Below are positions 51,474 through 62,429 of a DNA stretch of 64,000 nucleotides, piece by piece. The notes below the pieces were generated by a model, which worked only from the letters and a program-made list of their open reading frames with translations, searched no databases and was not told the origin of the DNA. Positions within the stretch are counted from its first letter, which is position 1; every line of letters begins with the position of its first letter. A program made the position numbers and the translations under genes. Origin of the DNA: an uncultured delta proteobacterium (lineage in GTDB: Bacteria; Myxococcota; Kuafuiibacteriia; Kuafuiibacteriales; Kuafuiibacteriaceae); the NCBI GenBank assembly GCA_963803435.1, contig CAWDML010000001.1, positions 128,001 to 192,000 on the forward strand. The letters run 5' to 3'.

Positions 51474-52486
51474 GCGGCCTCCCTTCGACGGTCTTGATCT
51501 CGCAGATCCGCGACCGTCCGTGCGATCCCCTCCTCCATGCGCACCGCCGGCCGGTAGCCGAGATCGCGCTCGGCCTTGGCGATGCTGTAGAAGTGATCGG
51601 TGCAGAGGTAGTCGATGGTGAAGCGCGACAGGCTCTCCTCGGAGTTGAGCGTGCCGCCCTTGAGGGTGTCGAGGGTCTCGCGGGCCCAGGCGGCCGCATA
51701 CGCGATCGGATAGGGGATGGTGAAGCGAGCGCTCCCGTAGCCGAGCGGCTCCACCACCTGCCGCACGAAGTCCCAGAAGCCCATCGGCTCGCCGTTGGTG
51801 ATGAAGTAGGCCTGGCCCGCCACCGGCGATCCGGGCTCGAGCCGCTCGCAGGCCGCGAGGCAGGCGTCCACCACGTTGTCGACGTAGGTGAAGTCGGTGC
51901 GCTTGCCCGGCTTGCCCACGGCGAACTTGAGCTTCCCCTTCTTCGCCTTCTCCAGGATGGCCGGGACCAGGCGCGTGTCGCCGGGGCCGAAGATCGAGTG
52001 GGGCCGGAGCGCGCAAGTGCACAGGCGCGCGTCGCTGGCCGCCAGCACCGCCTTCTCCGCCACGCTCTTGGTCTGTGCGTACGGCGCGGCGAAGCGGGTA
52101 GCGTGCGGGAGCGTCTCGTCGCCGTTCTGGATGTCCCTGCCCTCGTACACGATGCTGGCCGAGCTCACGTAGACCAGCCGCGGTACGCCGGCGCGCCGGG
52201 CCGCCGCCAGCACGTTCTCGGTTCCGCCGATGTTCACGCCCCGGATCAGATCGAGCTGATTCCACTTGGTGTGGACGAGGGAGGCCGAGTGGAAGATCGC
52301 GTCCCGTCCGGCGGCCGCCTGGTCGACGGTGGTGAGGTCGCGGATGTCGCCGTCGATCAGCTCGACGTCGTCGCGCCAGGGCCGGGCCCCCTTGTCGAGG
52401 ACCGTGACCTCGTGGCCGCGCCTCCGCAGCGCGTCCACCAGCGGCCGGCCCAAGAACCCCGCGCCCCCCGTGACCAGCGCTCTCAT
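51470..52486 (-). CDS. 3-beta-hydroxysteroid dehydrogenase/decarboxylase (NSDHL/ERG26-like)
   Basis: TGGAGFLG, YVSSAS, YAQTK, ALRPHSIFGPGD, DFTYVDNV, AYFITNGEP. Confidence 0.8.
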   Translation of the reverse strand: MRALVTGGAGFLGRPLVDALRRRGHEVTVLDKGARPWRDDVELIDGDIRDLTTVDQAAAGRDAIFHSASLVHTKWNQLDLIRGVNIGGTENVLAAARRAGVPRLVYVSSASIVYEGRDIQNGDETLPHATRFAAPYAQTKSVAEKAVLAASDARLCTCALRPHSIFGPGDTRLVPAILEKAKKGKLKFAVGKPGKRTDFTYVDNVVDACLAACERLEPGSPVAGQAYFITNGEPMGFWDFVRQVVEPLGYGSARFTIPYPIAYAAAWARETLDTLKGGTLNSEESLSRFTIDYLCTDHFYSIAKAERDLGYRPAVRMEEGIARTVADLRDQDRRREAA

Positions 52487-53484
52487 GCCACCCTCCGCGT
52501 CATCATCCCGGACTCGAAGGCCCAGGCGTAGATGTCGGCCAGCGTCTCCTCCAGCGGGCGCGGCGCGTAGCCGAGCTCCCGCTTGGCCTTCTCGTGGCTC
52601 ATCGCCTTGTTCTTGGCGTCGAGCACCTTGAGCGCCTGCCGGTTGAACAGCGGCGGCCTCCGGGTGATGCGCGACTGGACCTCCGCGAAGACCGCGCTCA
52701 TCTTGGCCACCGACATGGGGACCACGAAGCGGGGCGCGCGCGTGCCGATCGACGCCTCCACCAGGCGCGCCAGCTCGGTCAGCGAGCACCAGCGACCGGA
52801 GAGGATGTAGCGCTCGCCGGTGCGGCCCTTCTCGGCGGCGAGGATGGCGCCCTCGGCCACGTCCCGCGAGTCGACCCAGTCGTGGCCGCCGGGCAGGAGC
52901 GCCGGCAGCGTCCCCATCCCCAGATCGATCAGCATGCGGCCGCTGCCGGTGGGCTTGTAGTCGTGGGGGCCGATCACGCCGGCCGGGTTGACGATGACGG
53001 CGTCGAAGCCGGCCTCCACCGCGGCCAGGACCTCGCGCTCGGCCTCGGCCTTGGAGCGCTCGTAGGGCGAGGCCGTCTCAGAGTCCTCCAGCGGGCGGGA
53101 CTCGTCGAGCGGGCGATCCAGCGGATCCTGCTTGAGCGCGTGCACCGAGCTCACGTGCACCATGCGCCGGACGCCCGCCTTCCTGCCCGCGTCGATCACG
53201 TTCCGGGTCCCCTCGACGTTGATCCGCCGCGTGATCTCGCCGTCGCGCGGATCGATCGAGACGAAAGCCGCTGAGTGGTAGACCACCGCGGCGCCCTCGA
53301 AGGCCGAGGCGAGCGCGGCCGGATCGATGACGTCGGCCTGGAGGGGCTCGACGTCGATGCCCTCCAGCGCGCGCACGTTCGATCGATAGAGCGCGCGCAC
53401 GTGCAACCCGCGCGCGAGCAGGCCCCGGACCAGCGCCGCGCCCAACAGGCCTGACGCGCCGGTGACCACCGCCGTCTCTTTCAT
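52483..53484 (-). CDS. Extended SDR (HpnA/dihydroflavonol reductase-like)
   Basis: TGASGLLG, HVSS, YERSK, VNPAGVIGPHD, GERYIL. Confidence 0.85.
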   Translation of the reverse strand: MKETAVVTGASGLLGAALVRGLLARGLHVRALYRSNVRALEGIDVEPLQADVIDPAALASAFEGAAVVYHSAAFVSIDPRDGEITRRINVEGTRNVIDAGRKAGVRRMVHVSSVHALKQDPLDRPLDESRPLEDSETASPYERSKAEAEREVLAAVEAGFDAVIVNPAGVIGPHDYKPTGSGRMLIDLGMGTLPALLPGGHDWVDSRDVAEGAILAAEKGRTGERYILSGRWCSLTELARLVEASIGTRAPRFVVPMSVAKMSAVFAEVQSRITRRPPLFNRQALKVLDAKNKAMSHEKAKRELGYAPRPLEETLADIYAWAFESGMMTRRVA

Positions 53485-54872
53485 GCGCGAACCCTCGCTT
53501 CGCTCACGGCCGCCCGCGCGTGCGCCTCGACGAACAGATCCATCGGAGCCACCGGCGCGACCGGCGCCTTGAAGAGGTGTCGCGTGCCCACGGCCTTCGA
53601 CGCCACCAGGAAGCGGAAGCGCTGGACCAGGCGCGCCAGGACGATCTTGGCCTCGATCAGCGAGAAGTGCTCGCCGATGCAGTTCCGCGGCCCCGCCAGG
53701 AAGGAGAGGAACGCATAAGGATGGGGCGGCGGCGCCAGGAAGCGCTCGGGCCGGAACTCGAGGGGCTCGGGCCACAGGCGGGGGTCGTGGTGGACGGCGT
53801 CGATCGCCACCACGATCTTGGCGCCCTTGGGGATGGTGAACTCGCCCAGCACGTCGTCCTCGACCGCCTCGCGCGTCACCACCGGGACCAGCGAGTAGCG
53901 CCGGATCGACTCCCGCAGCACCGCCTCGGTGTACTCGAGGCCCTTGAGGGCCAGCTCCTGCGAGGGCGTCACGCCCGGGATCAGCGCCCGGTTGGCCTCG
54001 CCGATGGCGCGCTCCATGGCGGCCGGGTGTCGGGCCAGCTCGAACAGCGCCCAGGTCAGCATCATGCTCGAGGTCTCGTGGCCCGCCATCAGGAAGGTCT
54101 TCACCTCGTCCCGGAGCTGCGCCACCGCGGTGGCGTCCCAGGGCTGCCCGGACTCGTGGTGGCCGGCGATGATGCGATCGAGGATGTCCTTCTTGCCGGT
54201 CTCGTTGCCGCGGGCGTGGCGGCGCTCGATGAGGTCGGTGACGAAGGCGTCGAGGGCCTCCGAGGCCCGGCGGAACTCCAGGTTCCCAGGCGTCGGTAGG
54301 TAGCTCCGGAACGGCATCCAGGTGCGGAGGTTCGCCTCCTCCACGATGGGGAGGTAGAGCTTCGGCAGCACCCCGTCCGACTCGTCGGGCGAGAGGCTGA
54401 GCACGGCGTCGGCGATGACCTGGAGGGTGAGCTTGCGGAAGGCGGCGGCGAAGTCGAAGGGGACGCCGGTGCCCTCGACCCGCTCGAGGTCATGGATGAG
54501 CCGCTCGGCCGCCTGATCGGCGATCGCCACCACGTGGCCCAGGATCTCGGCCCGGAAGGCGCGGCCCAAGATGGCGCGCTGGCGCTTCCAGAGCTCGCCC
54601 TCGCTGATGATCAGGCCGTCGCCCAAGATGGGCTTGAAGGCGGCGTAGGTGCGGGCGTCCTTCCGGTACTTGTCGATGTGGGTGGCCAGGACGCACCGGA
54701 TCAGATCGGGGTCGGCGATCAGGATGTAGGTCTCGCCGAAGAAGTTGAAGGACGAGACCCGCTCGGGCGTGTGGGCCCACCGCTGCATCGTCGCCCACGG
54801 CGTCCCGACGATCAGCTCGAGGAAGTGGCCGATGAACGGCACGCGCGTCGGGATCTCGGGAACCGCCCGCAT
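53481..54872 (-). CDS. Cytochrome P450
   Basis: AGHETS, ESIR, PERF, FLAGPRNCIG; ATG at 54872 chosen. Confidence 0.93.
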   Translation of the reverse strand: MRAVPEIPTRVPFIGHFLELIVGTPWATMQRWAHTPERVSSFNFFGETYILIADPDLIRCVLATHIDKYRKDARTYAAFKPILGDGLIISEGELWKRQRAILGRAFRAEILGHVVAIADQAAERLIHDLERVEGTGVPFDFAAAFRKLTLQVIADAVLSLSPDESDGVLPKLYLPIVEEANLRTWMPFRSYLPTPGNLEFRRASEALDAFVTDLIERRHARGNETGKKDILDRIIAGHHESGQPWDATAVAQLRDEVKTFLMAGHETSSMMLTWALFELARHPAAMERAIGEANRALIPGVTPSQELALKGLEYTEAVLRESIRRYSLVPVVTREAVEDDVLGEFTIPKGAKIVVAIDAVHHDPRLWPEPLEFRPERFLAPPPHPYAFLSFLAGPRNCIGEHFSLIEAKIVLARLVQRFRFLVASKAVGTRHLFKAPVAPVAPMDLFVEAHARAAVSEARVRA

Positions 54873-55203
54873 GAAGGGCCGGCACCATAGGCAGCGCGGG
54901 GGAGCCTTGTCGAGCGGGTTCTCGAGCGGTGTTTCGAGGGAGTCGCACCCGGATCGTCGGGGACCGCGTAGCACGGACGAGGCATTCGTGCGGGAAGCGT
55001 GGTTCGGAGTCCGGAGTGCGGCGGCCGCCCTGACCGCGGTGATCGGAGTCGGTTGCTCCGGGCCGACGCCGTCTATGCCGGTAACCTGGGGCGGCGGAGT
55101 GTTCAAGGCCAGCCGTCAGCGAGGCTGCGCCCAAACGCTCGAGTTCACTCGAATTCCGTGCTGGCAGGAAGCGAGCGAAGTCCTGGTTTGTTCTTAAGTC
55201 GCA

Positions 55204-55416
55204 TCAGTTCTCGATCTTGGCCTTCCGGCAGACCGGACCCTGCTCGGTCTCCTTGCAGCGATAGACGCCCTGAAGGCTGCGGTCGGAGACCGAGATGAAC
55301 ACCCAGGTCGCGGGCTCACGGTTCCCGATCTGCACCGCGTTTTGAACCTGTGGGGTGGCGCAGCCGGCGCTGCTGAGGAGGCCGGCCGCGGCCGCGATGG
55401 CCTGGAGTCGCTTCAT
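55204..55416 (-). CDS. Small lipoprotein
   Basis: Lipobox SAGC, YRC...PVC; 4-bp overlap with the upstream gene. Confidence 0.6.
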   Translation of the reverse strand: MKRLQAIAAAAGLLSSAGCATPQVQNAVQIGNREPATWVFISVSDRSLQGVYRCKETEQGPVCRKAKIEN

Positions 55417-56336
55417 CCGTATCCTTTCGACAGGCGCGCGAAGAGCTCGCGAACGAGCCGATCGATCGCGTCCCTCAGCTCGTTCGAGGCGCACCCGCTC
55501 TCGATGGTCGCCGCGGCCTCCGCGGACTCGCGACGCAGATCGTAGAGAGACGCGACGACGGTGCAGACATCACCGAGCCGCAGGAGCTTGGTGGCGAGCA
55601 TCTTGTCCGCGGCGAGCGCCTTCCCCAGCTCGATCTGGCAGGCGTCGTCCATGCACGGCGCGTAGCTCGCCTTCTTCTCGGCGCGCAGGCGCTCCCGGAT
55701 CTCCGCCGGCGGAAGCGTGCTCCAGCCGAGCACCTCGACGCTCCTCGCCGAGAGGTAGTCGGTGAGCTGGGAGAGCGTCTCGCCCGGGACCGATCGCGCG
55801 TCGTCCTCGATCCCGAGGACGGCCACGACCGAGCGGAGCTGGTGGCGATCGTCGTCCACCTCCTCCTTCAGCGAGGGGAGGCTCGACAGATAGTCGGAGA
55901 TCTCGACCGCAGCGTGCTGCGCGAACTTGCCCGTCTGGGTCTCGGCGGCCGGGAGCACCGTCTCACCGATTCGCTCGCCCCGACGAAGCACCGCGACGCG
56001 GGTCTCGAGCCGGACCACGTCCGCATAGCAATAGTCGACGACGAGGGTGAGCGCCGCCACCGCGGTCGCCTCCTGATCCGGCGATCGATCGTCCATCCAG
56101 ACCCGAAAGCCCGCCCGGCGGAGCGCGGCTCCGGTGCGCTGCCGAAGATCCTCGGCCAGGTCGCTCGCGTGGGCTGCGTCGTTGCCTCGAACCGCGATCG
56201 GCGGAAGCTCCACGATGACGCCGCTTCCCTGCTGATGGCCCGCTCGCGGCTCAGGGGCTCGAGCCGAGGACGCGCAGGAGGCGCCCGCGAGGGCCAGGTG
56301 AGCCGCGAGGATCCGGCGTGTGATCGCGAGGCGCAT
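55413..56336 (-). CDS. Lipoprotein with a C-terminal CsgG/TolB-N-like domain
   Basis: Lipobox GASC; VAVLGI...CMDDACQIELGKALAAD. Confidence 0.6.
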   Translation of the reverse strand: MRLAITRRILAAHLALAGASCASSARAPEPRAGHQQGSGVIVELPPIAVRGNDAAHASDLAEDLRQRTGAALRRAGFRVWMDDRSPDQEATAVAALTLVVDYCYADVVRLETRVAVLRRGERIGETVLPAAETQTGKFAQHAAVEISDYLSSLPSLKEEVDDDRHQLRSVVAVLGIEDDARSVPGETLSQLTDYLSARSVEVLGWSTLPPAEIRERLRAEKKASYAPCMDDACQIELGKALAADKMLATKLLRLGDVCTVVASLYDLRRESAEAAATIESGCASNELRDAIDRLVRELFARLSKGYG

Positions 56337-56401
56337 TCGACACGGCTTTGTATCGCGAGACGGAAGCCCGTTGGAAGCGGAGCGCGTCGCGTGATCGCCG
56401 G

Positions 56402-57334
56402 CTACTGGGTCGCGGTCGAGTCCGCCTGCGCGACCGCCCGCTCGGAGAGGGACCACACCTGTGCGCGCAGCGCCTCGTCGCGGGAGGCGCGCGACGAAGG
56501 GGCCTCGTTGCAGTCGGAGAGGTACAGGCCGGTGAGGCCGTCGAGCTCGGGGGCCGTCGCGGCGAACACGGTGGTGGCGGCGCCCTGCGGGATCGACTTG
56601 AGGAAGAGACGACCCGCTACGCGGTAGAGCGGGCCCACCACCGGGAAGCGCTTCACCAGGCTGCGCGTCAGGTTGGTGGCGATGACGCCGGGGTGGAGCG
56701 CGAACGTCGAGGCGGTGCTCGGGAGTCGCTCGGCGAGCGCCTTGGTGAACAGGATGTTGGCGAGCTTCGAATCTCCGTAGGCGTCGAAGGGGACGTACTT
56801 CCGCTTCTCGAACCGGGGATCGCCGTCGAGCGTCGCCAGCAGGCTCTCCGCCTTGCCGCGCGAGTGCAGTCCGCTCGAGAGGTTCACGATCCGCGCGCCG
56901 GGCGCGAGCGCCTCGAGGAGCAGCGTGGTGAGCAGGAAGTGGCCCAGGTGGTTGGTGCCCAGCTGCTGCTCGAAGCCCTGCGCCGTGAACCCGAGCGGAG
57001 TGGCCATCACGCCGGCGTTGTTGATCAACAGGTGGAGGGGCTTTCCGCGCTCGAGCATCCTGGACGCGAAAGATCGGACCGAGGCCAGGTCCGAGAGGTC
57101 CAGAGGCTCGACCTCGACGCTCCCGGGCATGGCGGCGGCGGCCTGCTGGCCGGCGTCTCGGGATCGGCAGGCCAGGATCACGTGCGCACCTCCGGAGGCC
57201 AGCACGCGGGCCGTCTCGGTACCGAGGCCCGAGCTGGCGCCGGTGACGACGGCGTTCCAGCCGGCGAGGGTCCGTCCCCGCAGCACCTCCTCGGCGGTGG
57301 TCTTCTTGCCGAAGGGCGTCGGTTCGAGCGGCAT
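56402..57334 (-). CDS. Short-chain dehydrogenase (retinol dehydrogenase/WWOX-like)
   Basis: TGASSGLG, NNAGVM, NHLGHF, YGDSK, HPGVI. Confidence 0.92.
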   Translation of the reverse strand: MPLEPTPFGKKTTAEEVLRGRTLAGWNAVVTGASSGLGTETARVLASGGAHVILACRSRDAGQQAAAAMPGSVEVEPLDLSDLASVRSFASRMLERGKPLHLLINNAGVMATPLGFTAQGFEQQLGTNHLGHFLLTTLLLEALAPGARIVNLSSGLHSRGKAESLLATLDGDPRFEKRKYVPFDAYGDSKLANILFTKALAERLPSTASTFALHPGVIATNLTRSLVKRFPVVGPLYRVAGRLFLKSIPQGAATTVFAATAPELDGLTGLYLSDCNEAPSSRASRDEALRAQVWSLSERAVAQADSTATQ

Positions 57335-57451
57335 CGTGTCGAGAGGCTAGCGGCTCATGCAGAGGTTGCAACTCGAACCGCGGGGCTCGGCGCGCGGCCG
57401 GGGTGGTCGCTGGGGATCCGGGGTGGCCCCAGGCTTGCTTTGAGGCTCTCC

Positions 57452-58963
57452 GTGACCCGGATCCAGAGGGACGACTTCGTCCAGACCCTGAGCCAGCGCG
57501 GCGGCTACATCGACACCCGGAACCCCGAGGTCGCGCGGCAGCTCCAGGCCGCAGGCCTCGACGCGGACGACATCCGCGACGTCGCCGGTCAGGACCAGGT
57601 CATCCGCGGGAGCACCGAGTTCGGCCGCCTCTTCGAGAAGCTCGATCAGCGCGCCGACACCGACGGCAACCGCTCGACCATCGACCTCGGCGAGAGCGGC
57701 AGCCTCACCCGCGCGGGCCGGGCCTACGAGGCGCTCCGCACGCACGCCGACGCGAACCGGACCCGGGCCGCGCGCGAGGGCGGCGCCCGCTTCAGCGGTG
57801 TCACTCCGCTGGACGAGGTCGCCGCCGGGTCGCGCACGCTCAACACCGGGTCCACCGGCGACGGCGTCCGCCGGGTGCAGCAAGCGCTGATCGACATGGG
57901 CTACGCCAACCCCGACACGCTGACCATGGGGACCTACGACGCCGAGACCGCGCGCGGCGTCCGGCGCTTCCAGCAGGACGTGGGCCTCGGGATCGACGGG
58001 CGCGTCGGGTCCGAGACCTTGGGCGCGCTGGCCGCCACCGCGCCGCCGCCCGGACAGGTGCTCGAGACCTCCCCCGAGTACCGCAGGCTCTTCGCCGACG
58101 GGCGCCTCGACGTCACCATCGCCCTCGGCTTCGACGAAGGCTTCACCGACAACGGCGGGACCCATCACCCGGGCGCCCACCACGAGTCGGAGCGTCAGGT
58201 CCTGGAAGGCCTGCGGGCCCGCGGCTTCCGCGCCGTCTCGGCCGCCGACATCGGGCGCATGAGCGCGGCCGATCGCCAGCGGCTGCGTCTCCAGGACGCC
58301 GACCTGGATCCGAACGCCCGCTACTTCATCAAGGACGACGGCCGCGGCGGCAGCGACGACGTGGTGGTCCGCCTGATCACGCCCTCGGTGGGCGGGGCCG
58401 AGGCGCGCGCCAGCTTCGAGCGCGCGATCCAGCAGGACGAGGTCGTCATCTACTCGGGCCACGCCCGCTACGGCACCGGCCCCGACTTCGACCACAAGAC
58501 GCAGAGCGGCGCCGGCAACTTCGTGATCGACGGGCACGGGAACCGCACGCACGACTTCGCCCCCGCCGGGCTCCGCGCCACCCTCGGCCGGGAGTCGCGC
58601 AGCGATCTGCGCGGGCTGACGCAGCGGCCCGACTACCAGCTGCTGGTGTTCAACGCCTGCTCCACCGAGGAGTACCTCCACAACCTTCGCAACCCGAGCA
58701 TCTTCGACCGCAACATGGGCAACACGGACATCATCACGTCCACGATCCCGACGCGGATCGCGACGAACACCGATCACACGTTCGGGTTCTTCGACGGGAT
58801 CATGCGGCAGGACTCGACGCGGTCGATGACCCAGGCGCAGAGCCAGGTCGAGGTGGACTTCCTCAACGCGCATGGCATGAGCACGGAGGCGCGGGGCGCG
58901 CGCATGACCTATTCGACCAGCGGCTTCCTCGGCAACACCGGGACCCGCTCGAGGACGCCATGA
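57452..58963 (+). CDS. Peptidoglycan-binding protein with a putative caspase-hemoglobinase-fold peptidase domain
   Basis: PG_binding_1 (GDGVRRVQQAL...FQQDVGLGIDGRVGSET); VVIYSGH and LLVFNAC; start uncertain. Confidence 0.65.
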   Translation: MTRIQRDDFVQTLSQRGGYIDTRNPEVARQLQAAGLDADDIRDVAGQDQVIRGSTEFGRLFEKLDQRADTDGNRSTIDLGESGSLTRAGRAYEALRTHADANRTRAAREGGARFSGVTPLDEVAAGSRTLNTGSTGDGVRRVQQALIDMGYANPDTLTMGTYDAETARGVRRFQQDVGLGIDGRVGSETLGALAATAPPPGQVLETSPEYRRLFADGRLDVTIALGFDEGFTDNGGTHHPGAHHESERQVLEGLRARGFRAVSAADIGRMSAADRQRLRLQDADLDPNARYFIKDDGRGGSDDVVVRLITPSVGGAEARASFERAIQQDEVVIYSGHARYGTGPDFDHKTQSGAGNFVIDGHGNRTHDFAPAGLRATLGRESRSDLRGLTQRPDYQLLVFNACSTEEYLHNLRNPSIFDRNMGNTDIITSTIPTRIATNTDHTFGFFDGIMRQDSTRSMTQAQSQVEVDFLNAHGMSTEARGARMTYSTSGFLGNTGTRSRTP

Positions 58964-59556
58964 TGCAACCGACGACCGAGCGCGAGCTCACCATCCTGAT
59001 GGACGCGACGGCAGCGCTCTCGCTGCGCCGGGCCGCGCTGGAGAAGCTGGCGGCGCTCGCCGATCCGGAGGCGGTCGCGCCCCTGGCCGTGCTCTTGACG
59101 GAGATCGAGCTTCCTCTGATCCACGATCTCAAGCGCACGCTCGACGCGCTCGACGCCACGTCGGTGCTGGCGTCCGAGATGCAGGCCGGGAGCGCCGAGG
59201 CGCGCGCCCGCGCGGTGCGCCTGCTGGGCTACCTCGAGAACGACGCGGCCATCCCGTCGCTGCTCCGCGCGCTCGAGGACGACGATCCGGGCGTGCGCGC
59301 GCTGGCCGCGGACGGCCTCATCCGCCTGCGTCCCACCAGCGTGATCGATCCGCTGGCGTCGCATCTGTTCGGCGATCCCGAGCCGCAGGTGCGGATGGCC
59401 GCGGCGCAGGCGCTCGGCGAGATCGCCGATGACGCTTCACTCGCTGCGCTCCGTCGTGCGATGGAGTCCGAGGCCGACGGCTTCGTGCGCGTCGTGCTCG
59501 AGCTGTCTTGTCACCGTGCGGAAAGGATCTGCGACGATCGTGAGCTCTTCAGCTAA
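58960..59556 (+). CDS. HEAT-repeat protein
   Basis: RARAVRLLG, VRALAADGL, VRMAAAQALG; ATGA overlap with the upstream gene. Confidence 0.85.
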   Translation: MMQPTTERELTILMDATAALSLRRAALEKLAALADPEAVAPLAVLLTEIELPLIHDLKRTLDALDATSVLASEMQAGSAEARARAVRLLGYLENDAAIPSLLRALEDDDPGVRALAADGLIRLRPTSVIDPLASHLFGDPEPQVRMAAAQALGEIADDASLAALRRAMESEADGFVRVVLELSCHRAERICDDRELFS

Positions 59557-59614
59557 CCTCATCCTTCTCACCTACCTCGCGGTCGGGGCCGTGCCGCCTC
59601 AGAAGGAGTCGTCG

Positions 59615-60190
59615 ATGACGAAGCCCATCCCCGAGAACGTGCAGCGGGCGATCGACGCCGCCGTCTCTCACTCGAAGCCGAAGGCCGCGCGCCGTGCGGC
59701 GGTGGCCGAGCTGGTCCGACTCGCGAATCCGGCGGCCGTGGTCCCGCTGGCCTCCCTCCTCGACGGTACCGAGGGGACCGAGTGGCTGGCGCCGGACGTC
59801 CGCGCGGCGCTCGAGAAGCTCGGCGCGGTCTCAGTGCTCCTCGAGATGCTCTCGGCGCCGCCGCTCGAGGAGAAGACCCTCGCGCTCGAGCTCCTCGGCA
59901 ACCTCGGCGATTCGCGCGCGGTGGAGCCGGTGAAGGCGCTCTTGACCTCCGACACCAAGGCCCTGCGCGAGCAGGCTGCGGTGGCGCTGGGACGCCTGCG
60001 CGATCGCCGCGCCGTCCCTGCGCTCGCCGGCCGTCTCTCCGACCCGGACGCCGACGTACGCATGGCCGCCGCCTACGCACTGGGCGCGCTCGGCGGGCCG
60101 GAGGCGAAGAAGGCGCTGGAGGCGGCGCTGAAGACGGAGACGGACGGCTTCGTGAAGATCGCGCTGGAGAAGAGCGCGAGCGGGCGCTGA
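59615..60190 (+). CDS. HEAT-repeat protein, paralog of the preceding gene
   Basis: GAAGGAG RBS; LREQAAVALG, VRMAAAYALG. Confidence 0.85.
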   Translation: MTKPIPENVQRAIDAAVSHSKPKAARRAAVAELVRLANPAAVVPLASLLDGTEGTEWLAPDVRAALEKLGAVSVLLEMLSAPPLEEKTLALELLGNLGDSRAVEPVKALLTSDTKALREQAAVALGRLRDRRAVPALAGRLSDPDADVRMAAAYALGALGGPEAKKALEAALKTETDGFVKIALEKSASGR

Positions 60191-62427
<2,237 letters not shown>

Positions 62428-62429
62428 GG

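Noticed and set aside
53481-54872. CYP51 assignment for the P450
   Set aside because: The I-helix reads AGHETS, lacking the CYP51-type His-Thr signature
54921-55143. Possible MITE bounded by CTCGAGCG...CGCTCGAG
   Set aside because: Only 8 bp of a very common motif, no clear target duplication
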